A stretch of DNA of 64,000 bases. It comes from Tubiluchus corallicola. Its lineage: Eukaryota > Animalia > Priapulida. The stretch spans positions 496,001-560,000 of the forward strand of contig JAQGDQ010000090.1 of the NCBI GenBank assembly GCA_030141605.1. Direction: 5' to 3'. The first letter of the stretch is position 1; each line of letters begins with the position of its first letter. Positions 53,801 to 64,000 of this stretch are shown here, one piece after another. The notes below the pieces were generated by a model. The model saw nothing but the letters and a program-made list of their open reading frames with translations, was not told the DNA's origin and made no database searches. A program made the position numbers and the translations under genes.

Positions 53801-54534
53801 TGCCAATGCGAGCTCCATTAATTATTTAATATTTTGCTGTTCATTGCTTAGATTTTGTTTAAATTCGTCCCTCGTGGAAGCATTAGTTAAATCTTGCCGA
53901 ATCTGCTAATTTTATACTTACAACTCATCTTAATGGGTGCTGCCATCTATTAGTCATTTTGTGCTGCCACTTTATAATTTTGTATAGAATAAGGACACAC
54001 CTGGCATCTTTAGAAAACGCTTGTAATATAATTAGAACAATGAACTGTAGACGCTTAGTGAACCTCAATTCCTTTTTTTGGTTTTATCGATTAATTGATG
54101 ATCAACCTTTAGAAGTGATTGACAGAATAATGATTGATAATCAAAATTGATTATGTAAACCAGAGTCTTAATATTTTCGTCAGTTCAGTCAATCTAATTA
54201 TGATCTCTGTTTATTAAAGTGGACTTTCTCAAACTGATACAAAACACAAGCTAAACTCTGTCTTTTCTGCTAACCTTCAAAAATTCTATATTTGTGAGAA
54301 CTTTGATTAAATATTGCAAGTGTAACGCTGGCGTTATCTTGTACATTACAGGTTAGCCTAGACTCTCGAGTACGTGAAATTGTGAATAGGAACATGGTGC
54401 AGCCAGATACAAGAACTTTTGACGATGCACAAGAACAAATATATATGCTAATGAAACGGGACAGTTATCCGCGTTTTGTTAACTCATCATTATATAGGCG
54501 ACTTATGGAGACCTTACAAGATCGGCAGGCATGA
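13718..54534 (+). CDS. RGS17/19/20: RZ-family regulator of G-protein signalling (RGS17/19/20-like), spliced CDS join(13718..13860,22297..22395,50178..50239,51018..51184,54352..54534), 217 aa
   Basis: The exons total 654 nt, all introns are GT-AG, and intron phases 2/2/1/0 are consistent. The translation gives an N-terminal RPSRTPVYFSWCCCTCSSITV (cf. RZ cysteine string) and a complete RGS box PTPEEILSW...FREFLKLEYSEENILFW...SPREVSLDSRVRE...FDDAQEQIYMLMKRDSYPRF. Confidence 0.92.
18895..19160 (+). mobile_element. Decayed non-LTR retrotransposon APE endonuclease fragment
   Basis: Translates as EFNESIWVSL...VAGVI*R, resembling the ESIWV...GVIYR motif of CR1/L2-type endonucleases, with in-frame stops. 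Confidence 0.5.
20345..22012. mobile_element. Foldback/long-TIR element: arms 20345-20537 + 21097-21188 versus 21722-22012
   Basis: Both left segments are diverged reverse complements of the contiguous right arm. Confidence 0.7.
20600..21090 (+). repeat. Interspersed repeat family A, copy 1 (interrupts the left arm of the foldback)
   Basis: Reverse-complement match to ~51600-52370 (e.g. agttgggctcgcctgc / gcaggcgagcccaact). A partial copy lies at ~28715-28875. Confidence 0.75.
22297..22395 (+). CDS. RGS17/19/20: RGS linker exon, 99 nt, phase 2-2 (ITVNHNSPPNNGNNKTKDPKTVDIINNYFPEN)
   Basis: Acceptor tatttttacag, donor TAG|GTGAGT, open frame matching both neighbours. The join yields CSSITV, resembling CSCLTV after the RZ cysteine string. 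Confidence 0.8.
23740..23950. repeat. (GATAAT)n/(AAT)n microsatellite
   Basis: Directly visible; explains the NDND and IMIM ORFs. Confidence 0.97.
24680..24975 (-). repeat. Interspersed repeat family B, partial inverted copy
   Basis: gatcatttcacgcttgggcgctcccattttgaaag is the near reverse complement of the segments at ~31240-31275 and ~44553-44583. Confidence 0.7.
26493..26629. repeat. Tandem duplication, 2 x ~64 bp (period 73)
   Basis: gtctatatcgacaaaatgtctagaa...gaagatttcc occurs twice. Confidence 0.85.
29085..29155 (+). promoter_or_regulatory. Candidate internal core promoter of the RGS gene
   Basis: GCATGCGCA (NRF1/ewg-like) at ~29085, GGGCGG at 29107, TATAAATA at 29124, and Inr-like TCAGT at 29149-29153 (A at 29151, 27 nt after the TATA start). 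A CpG-rich stretch follows. Confidence 0.5.
29151..29563 (+). other. Candidate alternative first exon of the RGS gene
   Basis: Locally very GC/CpG-rich and ends at the strong donor AAC|GTAAGT. The frame 29391-29563 is stop-free and phase 2, matching the exon at 50178. Confidence 0.55.
30120..30162 (-). mobile_element. 5S rRNA-derived SINE-like fragment
   Basis: The minus strand reads cgaagttaagcaattcagagcagatcagtaatagatgggtgac, resembling the 5S internal control region (GAAGTTAAGC...GATGGG.GAC). Too short and decayed for a 5S gene. Confidence 0.5.
30486..31410 (+). repeat. Interspersed repeat family B copy, interrupted by a MITE
   Basis: Collinear with 44217-44705 once 30538-30976 is removed. 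Confidence 0.8.
30538..30968. mobile_element. Non-autonomous hAT-type element, 431 bp, with 8-bp TSD ACTACCGC
   Basis: Perfect TSD at 30530-30537 and 30969-30976. Termini cagagccggattaa...ttaaccagcccag form a degenerate TIR. The element is absent from the paralogous host repeat. Confidence 0.8.
31578..31648 (-). mobile_element. tRNA-derived SINE head, decayed
   Basis: The minus strand has an A-box-like taacgtagtggt and a B-box-like gttcaactcc. Similar B-box remnants lie near 6245-6270 and 27420-27445. Confidence 0.45.
35578..35795. repeat. (CAA/CAG)-rich low-complexity tract
   Basis: Directly visible. Confidence 0.85.
40039..40339. repeat. Tandem duplication, 2 x ~147 bp
   Basis: cacaactagtta...aaagatggggccagtaggctt is repeated with a period of ~153. 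Confidence 0.9.
40680..40795 (-). mobile_element. Possible CR1/L2-type LINE ORF2 C-terminal remnant
   Basis: The minus strand encodes ILTIKIVNIWNDLD, similar to the VN.WN.L motif near the end of CR1/L2 ORF2. Confidence 0.4.
43130..44180. repeat. Degenerate ~46-bp minisatellite with a ~92-bp dimeric sub-array, interrupted at ~43690-43900
   Basis: Recurring ttaa.cctcaatagcagttgaaattctcaatgtgagtt units. Confidence 0.85.
44217..44705 (+). repeat. Interspersed repeat family B copy (empty site)
   Basis: Shares aaaaactgtctataaag, gctacttaaacta and gacggaaattg.cagtgcgctgtttttct with the 30486 copy. Confidence 0.8.
46410..46960 (-). mobile_element. 5'-truncated non-LTR retrotransposon: ORF2 C-terminus, 3'UTR, AATAAA and (TAA)n tail
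   Basis: ORF 46566..46958 has LYGCEI...VKWNTACRKIF...ESIK, typical of the post-RT region of LINEs. The minus strand then reads aataaactc(ataat)aataataa. Confidence 0.7.
49274..49985. repeat. Degenerate minisatellite, ~12 x 55-58 bp (gagttgcagggatagtggaagaccatggttgcattgtagctagtgggaccttt)
   Basis: Head-to-tail diverged units without unique spacers. Confidence 0.85.
50178..50239 (+). CDS. RGS17/19/20: RGS exon encoding the start of the RGS box (PTPEEILSWQEGFDNVMRCP)
   Basis: Acceptor ttttctgttttcag, donor CCG|GTGAGT. Matches the P-x-x-EE-x-x-SW-x-x-x-FD start of RZ RGS domains. Confidence 0.93.
51018..51184 (+). CDS. RGS17/19/20: RGS box core exon (AGRQVFREFLKLEYSEENILFWNAVDELKKETNAQVIEEKARMIYEDFISILSPRE)
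   Basis: Visible in ORF 50960..51277. Canonical EYSEENILFW motif, acceptor ttttgcag, donor GAG|GTGAGT. Confidence 0.97.
51600..52375 (-). repeat. Interspersed repeat family A, copy 2 (host of a hAT MITE)
   Basis: Collinear with 20600-21090 on both sides of the 52014-52247 insert. Confidence 0.75.
52014..52247. mobile_element. hAT (Charlie-like) MITE, 234 bp
   Basis: Perfect 14-bp TIR CAGTGGTTCCCAAA...TTTGGGAACCACTG, TSD gtatatag/atatatag (7/8), and a subterminal palindrome attaccccc-a-gggggtaat. Confidence 0.9.
54352..54534 (+). CDS. RGS17/19/20: RGS terminal coding exon (VSLDSRVREIVNRNMVQPDTRTFDDAQEQIYMLMKRDSYPRFVNSSLYRRLMETLQDRQA*)
   Basis: Acceptor cattacag at 54351, phase 0. Contains the FDDAQ and MKRDSYPRF RGS motifs and ends at TGA 54532-54534. 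Confidence 0.96.
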   Translation, partial: VSLDSRVREIVNRNMVQPDTRTFDDAQEQIYMLMKRDSYPRFVNSSLYRRLMETLQDRQA

Positions 54535-57500
54535 CCACCACAAAAACTCATGTTTGTTGCTGGGATCAACACTGTGCATGTGTGTGTGTGAGAAATTGTG
54601 ACAGACATCAGAAATTCACGATTTCTCCAAGTTCCTCTGCATTTATTACGACGCGATATTCGTCTAGTCTTGTTTCATGTGCAATACCACGTGCCGCGTT
54701 TAGCGGTCACTTTTGAAAGGAGACAGCTACAAGAACTGTCATAGCTTTTAGCATTTTCATGTGATTTTACTGTAAAATGTTGTAGGAAATATTCACGTTG
54801 GACATACTTTCATGTGTGTACTTTATTATATTGAACATGTCTATCTATATTGACTTTCCTTGTGTACCTATTGTGTTTGAGTGCTACAATTTTTCATTTA
54901 GATAATCGTCATATCACTGGATACAACACGATGTAAAGAAGTGTAGTAACCGGTTTACCTGCATTATTTTCCTTCAGAACAGAACAGATTTCTCATCTGC
55001 AGCAGCAGCAACTCTAGTAATCTTCTTTATAATGCTTCATTGATGAACCCTCCTTAGACTTTCACTGTTGAAGAGACAATGGGATATTCAGGGGCTAACC
55101 CTTTGGCCGGACAGAAAGGAATAAGATGCTTCCTGAGAAGAAAATAATAGCCAAAAATTTAGTTATTTGAACTTCCCATATTTTCAGTTTAATATCATCT
55201 GGTGAAACATGGGGAAGATGAAGAGAAACATGGGGGAGGCGATAAACTGATGTAAACAAGTTAACAACAATGGGGAACAGGCCTACTGGCAAAAACAATG
55301 CAGCTCCTCCTATGTTGTTCTGCACTTCTAAATTGAATGAATGCCTACTAATGATAAGCTGTTTAAGAATCTGCATCAGCTGTAATGTAATGATGGTCCA
55401 GTTCCCTTCACTGGTAATATTTGTCTCATAAGATCTTTTGATTCAAGTCCTGGTATGATTTTTACTTTCATGTTTCTAAGTTCAGTCATCACTCAATATA
55501 ATAAGTTTGCAACTCATCATTCATTCTTACAGGTTTTCAAATCTAATTAATTCATGCGATTAATCATTTTATTTATCAAACAGTGTACAAAGCAGTTTCT
55601 AAAATCTGCTTATGTAATCCTAATTTTTAGTTCATTGGTGTCTATGAACAGCCGTGACCAAATAAATTACATCCATGGTCAGCCATGCGATTCTAAATGC
55701 TCATAGATAAAGAAGTGCAACAAAACTGTGATATGTCTGTAGCTATTTCCTTACTTTGATTATTTTTCATGCAGGATGAGTTCTCTAACGATGCTGAAGC
55801 ACAAATTAAGTAATCATATTATTTGACATTGATTTTGATAACTTGTATAGCATCCACCCTGTATTTGTATCTAAGTATCCCTAACTGTTATAACTGCTAT
55901 GTAGTGAAAAATTAACATAATTTATTATATCAGTATATATTCCCTGCTGATAAACCTGAATGAAATAATATAGAAATAAGTGCAGATACATTTACCATTC
56001 TGATAACCACACTGTAAACCACCATTTTATTGTTCACAAGCAACAAAGAATAAAATAGGAGCCAGGCCTATAATTGCCCAGTACTTGTAAATGAATTCCA
56101 TTGGTAAAGCAGAGAGTATAATATTCATTGGCAGGGCTTGTTAATAAAAAAGCATAATAGGCCTATCTGATTTCTAATTGTTTTTTTTGTTTGTGAATAA
56201 CAAAATAAAGGTGGATTATCTTGATGTAATCAACGTGATAACTACACCTGTATTTTTTATACCTCTGATTTGAGATATTAGAGACAACCTACCCAAACTG
56301 TTGCTTTTACAATTTTGTTCATGTGCTTTTGTGCTTTTATTGTTTATTTTGCTATAATTTATTTTAATTATCTTAATTATTATGTTTTTGAATCTGCTAT
56401 TAAGAGTTCTAGTATGTCTCTGTGTGTGTTTTAACCAAAGCTATTCTTTATTTCGTTTTTGCTTTGTTTCTGGCAAACCACAAATTCTAGCCAATGGGTC
56501 CAAATAGGTAAGTTACGTTTTTCAAAACAAAGGTGGAAAGTAATATCAGAATGGTGGAAATTTGTGAAGTGGCTGTTTTAATTAGTATGCAACAAGAAGT
56601 AAATTTTAACGTTCGAATTTTAACGTTAAGATTTAAGATTTAAGACTAACATTTAAGATTATAAAATTTAGCCCAACTCCCAATGTAAAGTGCGTAGTTC
56701 TATACCATACCAAAAAACAATTTTTATCATCAAATGATGTCAAGATATCAAGATAAAGACATCAAGATTGTTTTTAAAGCAATGTTTCTTTAGTTAATCA
56801 CTTACTGTGCTGTATTTCTGCCAATGGAACTCTTTTTCTTTCTGATTTAAAGACATACAAGAAAGTAGTAACCATTTGCTAGGGCTGGGAGGTACAAAAC
56901 CTGCAGTTAACAATACAGGACATTTTATTACATCTTAATATTGCTTAAACAATTGCGAATGTATCATGCCTTCAATATTTAGTATGAAAGGTTTGGGTGT
57001 TTGGCACAGCCTGAGATCTTAAAGGGTATTATGGGAGCAGCGACCTGAAAACGCTGGAATTTTTGCGGATGAACCAAATAACGTGGAAATTTATTGGATC
57101 TCAACCCGTCAGACACATTGGAGTTATCTTGAAGGACAGTGGTCACTTAGGTGACCCAAGAACCTGCCGTTGATCTGTGTTCAAGAGACAAACTTGTGAG
57201 ATATCACGAGAATGTATTGGAGGGCCTTGAATGCTGCAAGTTGTTGCTCCCTGCAAGATTGCAGGCTGTGCAAGGCGCACGAGGCTTACAGATTCAATTT
57301 CGAGAATATGGTAGATTCGCAAGAATCGCAACTGTTTCAGCAATATTTTGCTGTAATAAATTGTTTTTTAATATTTCCATGTATACTAATAGCAAAAAGT
57401 TATGTACTACCCTGTATGATGAGGAAATATAAATGTTACATAGGCCTATCATATACAAAACAGCAAAGAAAATGGTTAGCGTTATTTTCAAGTTGCAAAT

Positions 57501-60285
57501 ACATTTCAGATTCAAATTTTCAGACTTCCACAGTATTGAGCATAAACAGCTTTGATTTCTGTTTGTAATAGATGGGCATGCTTGGCAAATTATGTAGCTA
57601 CGTTCTGCTTTAGTTGCAATCTAAACGCAAACATTTGTTTCTTACAAGTCAGAGTCTTACAAGTTCGTTTAAAATGTTCTTTGGTCTTTACTTTGGCTTC
57701 TTCCGTCATAGAAGTTCTCTTCTAAGGTCTGAAGTACCGAAAAAGAACAAACAATAAAGGTTTTTTATTAAAGAATTAAAAGAAAGCAGCATTGGAGAAA
57801 ACAGGCCCCCTGAAATATTATAAAGTGGTGTTTGCCTAGCATCCAGAATGCATATTTCAGTTTATATTGTTTTCATTGCACCTGTGTTATGTGTTTTTTT
57901 TCTGCAGCTATTTCCTATTAATTTTTATTCCACAGTTATTCCGTAGGTGGATAACGCATACGCATTCCGGATGCTAGGTAAACGCAGCTTAATGCTGAAA
58001 TGTTTCTCTCTTCTTTGCATTGCGCTATAGGCACAAGTCGATACAAAATCATGCATTATGCTGCTATAATATATAAGTTAAATTGTTTTCACGGTGTTAT
58101 CAATGAAGGACAATTTCTTCATTTTCTCATTAAAATGCATAGTGAAATACGCACAATGATAAATACGCGGTGCGTAAATTCATTTTAGGAATTCACTATT
58201 TATTTGGTGATTAGGATATGTAATGGTAAGACATTTTGAATCTCCAAGACACTTTTCGCATGTGGTTGCTGACCTTTCGAACGATCCACATTACTTCACC
58301 TGACCACGAACGTTTCAGGCAGTTTTTTCAAATCTATTGCACTATAATGCAGCATATTAATCCACTGCCGTCAATTCAAACATCCCCTTAGAAAAGTTGC
58401 TAGAACTAACAGTGGGCTGTTATCGCGATGAATGTTTAAACGTGATGACGCTGTATGGTATTTTATGTGAACAATTTCCAAGTTTACGAAGTTTCCCTTT
58501 AATTATAAGTTTTCCATAGTGAGCATGCTTTCATAAAACGTGTTATAGTTAGAAAATAGGCATACCGTTAGCCCTGAGCCTTTTTCAGTGTTAGATCTGT
58601 TATTATGCGTCAGAGGTGGCTAAAACAGAACAAAATTGTGAAACCATTCTCTGAATTTGTTTGACTAAGGTTTGAAAATAGTCGTATTCCCTACTTTTAG
58701 CCAGTCGCCTTTTTCAGTGTAGCACGGTGCCACCACTGTGATCTGGAGGTATATGTGAAAACTAGAAAGCAATTTTGATGTATTTATGTATAGTTTTTCC
58801 ACATCCAGTTATGATAAGTGTGTTTCTGTTTATCATGAGGGAAAGACTGTCTTGTCATTTTCACACACTCTGAACATTATTGTATCTTCTCCTGTTATTA
58901 CCGTGAGCACATGTGTGTAAAAGTATCATGTATATGTTGAAGTTGTACGTTATTATACCTTTTAATAATATTATAAAATTTTCATAATTGTTGTATAGGC
59001 TATATACTGTTAATATTATTATGCACTTTGTCAACTGCTGACTTGTTGGATGTTTATCAGATACTATTATGTATGCGATATTAAGTTATTATAAAAGTTG
59101 TTTTTACCACTAGTTTGTTTAGAAGGATGGTACTTCAAGACATAGTTATAATAAACTCTCCACGGCAGGCATTAAGTGATAGGTTAATAGGAAATCCTAC
59201 GTTTGGAAAGCTTTATTTTGCTAGTTTAACATCACTTTGTAGCTACTAAATGAAATGGAAGATTATATAGGCCAGTGACGCCAGTTTGTAAGTTCGGTAC
59301 ATAATTGCTATTTGCAAGATCAAATAACGTTATTGATATATATATAGTATCGCTCAACGTGTGCAAATTTTTATGTATAGAGCAGTATTTTTTCCAGATT
59401 GTTTCACTTAGTCGTGTGTTAATATAATCAACCCACAAATTAAGCATCGTCCACGAGAAATTGTCACACTCACTATGTTTTCACAGTAGAGTCTAAACTA
59501 TGTGGGTATTTATAAGCTTTCTAATGTAAATATCAGTATGTGACTGTAAGATGCATTTTAGTTCAGACCAACAATGGCAGATGTAGAACTGAAAAGTATG
59601 CTTTCGCCCGAAGAAGGATTTTCAATGAAATTTTTACAAGCAGTGTCACCTGCAAGAAATGTTCTCCCGATAGATGGCCTTACTGGGAATTTAGTCTTTT
59701 TAAAAGAGCCAATGATAACTCGGTTTTTTTATCGTGGTGACTGTGTCAACACTAGCACAATAAAGTGAATTGGCAGATAATGCAAATGAAAGCGTCAACA
59801 AGAACTTTTCTTTAATTTTCAGGAGACGGAGTGGTAGAGCTTCAGCTAGATGGTGATATGTTTCCTTTTAATTTTACAGTGTGTAAAATTAAAGTCAATT
59901 AATATTTCACTTGATTGTTTAGCAGTTTTTTGGTGTGATCTTGCCACTTCTGCTGCCTAGGAATCGATTTAGACAGTTTGTGCAAACTTGAGTGCCATCT
60001 ATTGAATGATTTTACGGATTTACCACTGTTGGACATGGTGTAGAAATGCAAATACCTTCTCAGAATAAAACAGAATCTGTTAATTCTTTTAAGAACCTGT
60101 CACTCATTGGTTTTCCATTTCCCAGTGTACTATCAGTTTTACACCCGCCATTGGTTACCCGAGCTTTTAGTAGGTTATTCTGTCGGTGACACCGGTTAAT
60201 AAATAAATTGCTACACTTTTTTCAGAAGTAATGCGTTAGGCATGTTTCTTGTGTGTTTGTGGTCGCGTTTATGCACATATTATTT

Positions 60286-60572
60286 TATAGAACGCCAAAA
60301 TGGAATTTAATGCTTATTTTTAATATTAATAAATCAATTTTGAATATTCATATTTCATTTACTAATATTAATAAATGGCTTACAAATTATCAATATTAGT
60401 AAATGAATTATGAATATTAAAAATTGATTTATTAATATTCGTAATTTAATATCCAAATATTAATAATTATTAAATATTGTCAATATATAATAATAATCTT
60501 ATTATTATTAATAAATATTAGTAATTATTAATATCCAAAAATAAGCATTAAGTTCCACTTTGGCGTTCCATA
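60286..60572. mobile_element. MITE with ~35-bp TIR and two internal palindromes
   Basis: tatagaacgccaaaatggaatttaatgcttattttt ... aaaaataagcattaagttccactttggcgttccata, flanked by TA. Confidence 0.8.
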
Positions 60573-61181
60573 CGTATTTCAGTCTAGTTAAAAGAATTTT
60601 TAGTCAGGACTCACAAAAGAATATAGACCTAATGCTTGCAATTTTATAATTATATAACGCCGTTGCTGGAAACACTGATACAAAACATCGCAAAAGTCTA
60701 ATTGAAAATTTAAAAAATGGGACTAGCAGCGAGGCCTGAAAACCTATTTTTGTTGATTGTTGCAACTGTCAATCTGCAACCGTCAAACTTATCCACGAAA
60801 CGTAGAAGTAGTCTAGTGGGCTCAAATTACCTGTGCTCCTTGTTAGTTATCGCTATAAACAGTAAAGTTTAAGAGCTTTGTTCCTTAATCGTCGAGCGTT
60901 TTCGTTACAGGGATGTATCTCCGACCATCCCTTATGTCCAGTCACAGTTATAGAGACTGTTATTCTGACTGGATTACAAATACGTGTTAACATAGCAATT
61001 TATTCAGTATTTATTTACATGCATGTATATACACTCATACCCAAACATAATGCACGTTACGTGACTTATCAAGAAAGATTTCATTAAAATCTAAGTTACA
61101 TTTGTGCTGTAAAATTGTGTTAATATTGGTTCGATGAAACAAATATAAACTTCACCAACAGATCTTGTCATTTGCTAATAT

Positions 61182-61559
61182 AAGCCTTTTCACAGTTTCG
61201 CAAGCGCAGTTGCTGTAGGTCAAAGGTTAAGTGTACCACAGCAATGCGTCTTAACTACAACCTTCGCGTGACTGTGGGTAAAGCAAAGCCGTTTGCGCTT
61301 CAGTTCAGTAACTTCAGTTGTTTTACGTGGACTTTACTTAAGCATTATGCATTAGACTGTAGACTGATTTACTAACAGGATCTTGCTTGGGAACTAGAAA
61401 AATAAACTAGGTAACGTTTTAGCTAGCTGTTAAAACTGTTACTATTACAACAGGATGGGCTGCGACGCGTTGTCAAGTGTACACAAATGCGGTGTCTGGT
61501 ACATTTAACCTTTGATGTTTTCATGATCATCATCAATCGCAGGAACTGTGAAAAGGCTT
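61182..61559. mobile_element. MITE-like element with terminal and subterminal inverted repeats
   Basis: aagccttttcacagtt / aactgtgaaaaggctt is a perfect 16-bp IR, plus tcaaaggttaagtgtacca / tggtacatttaacctttga. Confidence 0.7.
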
Positions 61560-62874
61560 GTTCTTCTGCCAATCCGCATATAAATGCGCCAGTTCACTTC
61601 ATTGTAATAACATAATAACATCACAGTTAGGAATATTAAGGAACTGTTCACTTGTGTGTTGCATATTTTCTAAAAAACTAAATTATCTGAGAAGTACGTT
61701 ATCATAATGCCACTTTTAACAATGTGTGGCATACTAAACCACAATCTGGAAAGTACTAAACCACAAGGTACATGCATAAAATTGGCAGGTATATTTACTG
61801 AACAACGCGATTTTCGAATTTACAAAACATTTAGAAAACTTAACAACTGTAATATAGAATTTGAATATCATGAGATTACTTTACTTATAAGAATCTCTAA
61901 AACCGGTTTAAAATTAGTTTCAAATTTCTTCTGAATTATACCAGCAATAGTTTAGTTACTGAATAAACTACTATACCTACTCTCACACATACATACATAT
62001 ATACATTAATTTGTTAAAAATTAGGTAACCATACAATTTTATACACCATTGACATCTTACAATGTGCTGCCCTCTGTAGGCTGACACGAAAAGTATCAAA
62101 ACTCTCTGGTAAAAGAAAACTAACAAAAGGAGGAAACTGTTACTACACCACCACCGTCCTCATCGTCATCCTCACCGGAAGCAGCAGGGACAGGAGGACT
62201 GTGCATCATTTTCGTCATCATTAATGCCTTCATAAATTATTAGATAATTTTACACGTGCAGGCATGTCGTAATACAACTCATACGCCATCTTATTAACAG
62301 TAACTCGCTGAAGCAGAAAATTAACTGCCTTTATCCAATATGCCGCATTATAATGTTGACTAGACAGCGCACTGTGCTAAGAAGAGTACAAAATCAGCAT
62401 CGCCATGAAGCTGGAATTAAAAATCAAATAAGTTTGTGCTGGCTGTCAGTAACTTATCTAGCTTTTTGCAAAATTTGACATAATTACTGTTGTAGAATTT
62501 ACGTGAATGTGGTTATTCTCCAAGAAGAAGAAAGTTCCAAGCTTTTTTCTTTACTTCTGGTACTAAACATATGACATTATTAGTGATACTATATGTCCAT
62601 CATTAAGCCTGCCAGTTTTCAGTTATAACAATTACAAACACACATCAACATAAGAATACAATCTCGAAATTTAATTTGTGAGTTTAGCAGCCATTTCAAT
62701 AAAAAGAATCGATGACGGCGTTTGCAGTTGCCTAAATTGATAACTTTTAACCTCGAGCCTTTTGTTATATGCGTCTTTTGGTTATTTGTCCGGATCCCTT
62801 AATCATGTTTTTAATAACGCCCAGATAAGTCAACCATTAGTGACTGTGTAAATGGTTATTGAATTTCTTATTGC

Positions 62875-62922
62875 TTGATGAAATTTTAATTACGCCATTT
62901 GATGAAATTTTAATTACGCCAT
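62875..62922. repeat. Perfect 24-bp tandem duplication in the presumed GPCR 3'UTR
   Basis: ttgatgaaattttaattacgccat occurs twice. Confidence 0.9.
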
Positions 62923-63108
62923 CCGAATTAAGATTTTACTGCAAACGATAAATCTTTAGTGCAGAAACGCTGAAGTCATTATGGCCCATACAATTTGGAC
63001 AAAGGTAGGCATCATCCTGTAGATATCAAAAGTTTATGTTTCTGATGCCTTATCATTATGAAACTTATTGCTGCTGACGGCAAACTTGATTCGACAAGCA
63101 AACGTTCA

Positions 63109-64000
63109 TTACGAAAATGTCTTATTACTTTTCTTTGCAAGATTAAACGAATTTGTTAAATCCAAGTGAACAGTACTGGATGCAACAGTAACTGGAGCTA
63201 TAGTCACGGAAGTCTTTCTAGAGCTGGACCGTGTCGATGTTCGTTTCAAAGATTTGCTACAAAAGAGACTGACGTACGCCTGTCTATATGTCCTGTTACT
63301 GAAGGCGTATATAAATGGATTCGTAATGCAAGTGGTCCATGTTAATATGGAAGCCACAACTTGCAAGACCGGTAGTTCTTGTTCGTCCACAGCAAAATCT
63401 ATGATGACGACAGGAATGCAGCAAATGATAAAGGAACCGAAGACGAAAGTCATCATGCTGGCCAGCTTCCGGTCGTCTCTCTTGATCCTCTCCTTTCCGT
63501 AAGTGGTGCAGTGGCTTTTAGAACCACTGAGGCGCCGCACCAATTTCCGACTCTTCTGCACTGTCCAATAGATTTGGAAGTAGCAAGGAGCCATCAGCAG
63601 CAGAGGAGCGGCGACGCCAATTACAAACATGACTTGTTTAGAGTTCTTGCCGTCCTTCTCAATGAATGTACAAGTCGACGTAGCATTATCGTAGCCAAAC
63701 TCGCCCCACACTCTTAGCAATTGCGGCATGAGGAGCAGGAATGGAAAACTCCAGCAAAATACGACCATCAAACACACTGACCATTTCTGAAATATCTTGT
63801 CGTAAACGTGATGATGGACTATGGCCGTATAACGATTTACGGTTATGAGTAGCATGTTGAAAACGGATACGGCCAAATTGCCGTATAGAAAAAATGGCAC
63901 TAGTTCGCAGAATGCCGCCCCAAGTGTCCACGCTTGAAAATAAAATTTATGGGCTATCAGAGGCAAATTAAAGGCACAAAACAGGAAGTCGGCTGCAGCC
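63109..64000 (-). CDS. moody: Moody/Tre1-like rhodopsin-class GPCR, TM2 to C-terminus (5'-truncated by the window edge)
   Basis: The frame is open from the window edge: AAADFLFCAFNLP (TM2), WTLGAAFC, FLYGNLAVS, ITVNRY (NRY in place of DRY, typical of Moody/Tre1), WGEFGYDNATSTCT, and TM7 NPFIY. No intron in this segment. Confidence 0.88.
   Translation of the reverse strand, partial: AAADFLFCAFNLPLIAHKFYFQAWTLGAAFCELVPFFLYGNLAVSVFNMLLITVNRYTAIVHHHVYDKIFQKWSVCLMVVFCWSFPFLLLMPQLLRVWGEFGYDNATSTCTFIEKDGKNSKQVMFVIGVAAPLLLMAPCYFQIYWTVQKSRKLVRRLSGSKSHCTTYGKERIKRDDRKLASMMTFVFGSFIICCIPVVIIDFAVDEQELPVLQVVASILTWTTCITNPFIYAFSNRTYRQAYVSLFCSKSLKRTSTRSSSRKTSVTIAPVTVASSTVHLDLTNSFNLAKKSNKTFS

Noticed and set aside
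57000-57570. Overlapping ORFs downstream of RGS, with ITWKFI faintly like a BEL/Pao integrase
   Set aside because: The similarity is too short and is interrupted by stops; no supportable call.

Overview
AT-rich, intron- and repeat-rich animal (invertebrate, probably protostome) genomic DNA. No prokaryotic-type systems, CRISPR arrays or intact transposases were found. Most of the window is one + strand gene for an RZ-family regulator of G-protein signalling (RGS17/19/20-like). I rebuilt it by hand from five phase-compatible GT-AG exons (13718-13860, 22297-22395, 50178-50239, 51018-51184, 54352-54534), giving 217 aa with a reduced cysteine string and the RZ-type EVSLDS motif. A Moody/Tre1-like class A GPCR runs off the right edge on the - strand, convergent with the RGS gene. 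The most interesting signal lies in the 28-kb intron: a candidate internal promoter (NRF1-like site, GC box, TATA, Inr) and a GC-rich alternative first exon that splices in frame to the RGS box but has no in-frame AUG. It has a strong-context AUU/ACG followed by a GC hairpin, suggesting a non-AUG-initiated short isoform. The rest is microsatellites, minisatellites, nested hAT-type MITEs with TSDs, foldback elements and decayed LINE/SINE pieces. All calls were made by eye, without database searches.
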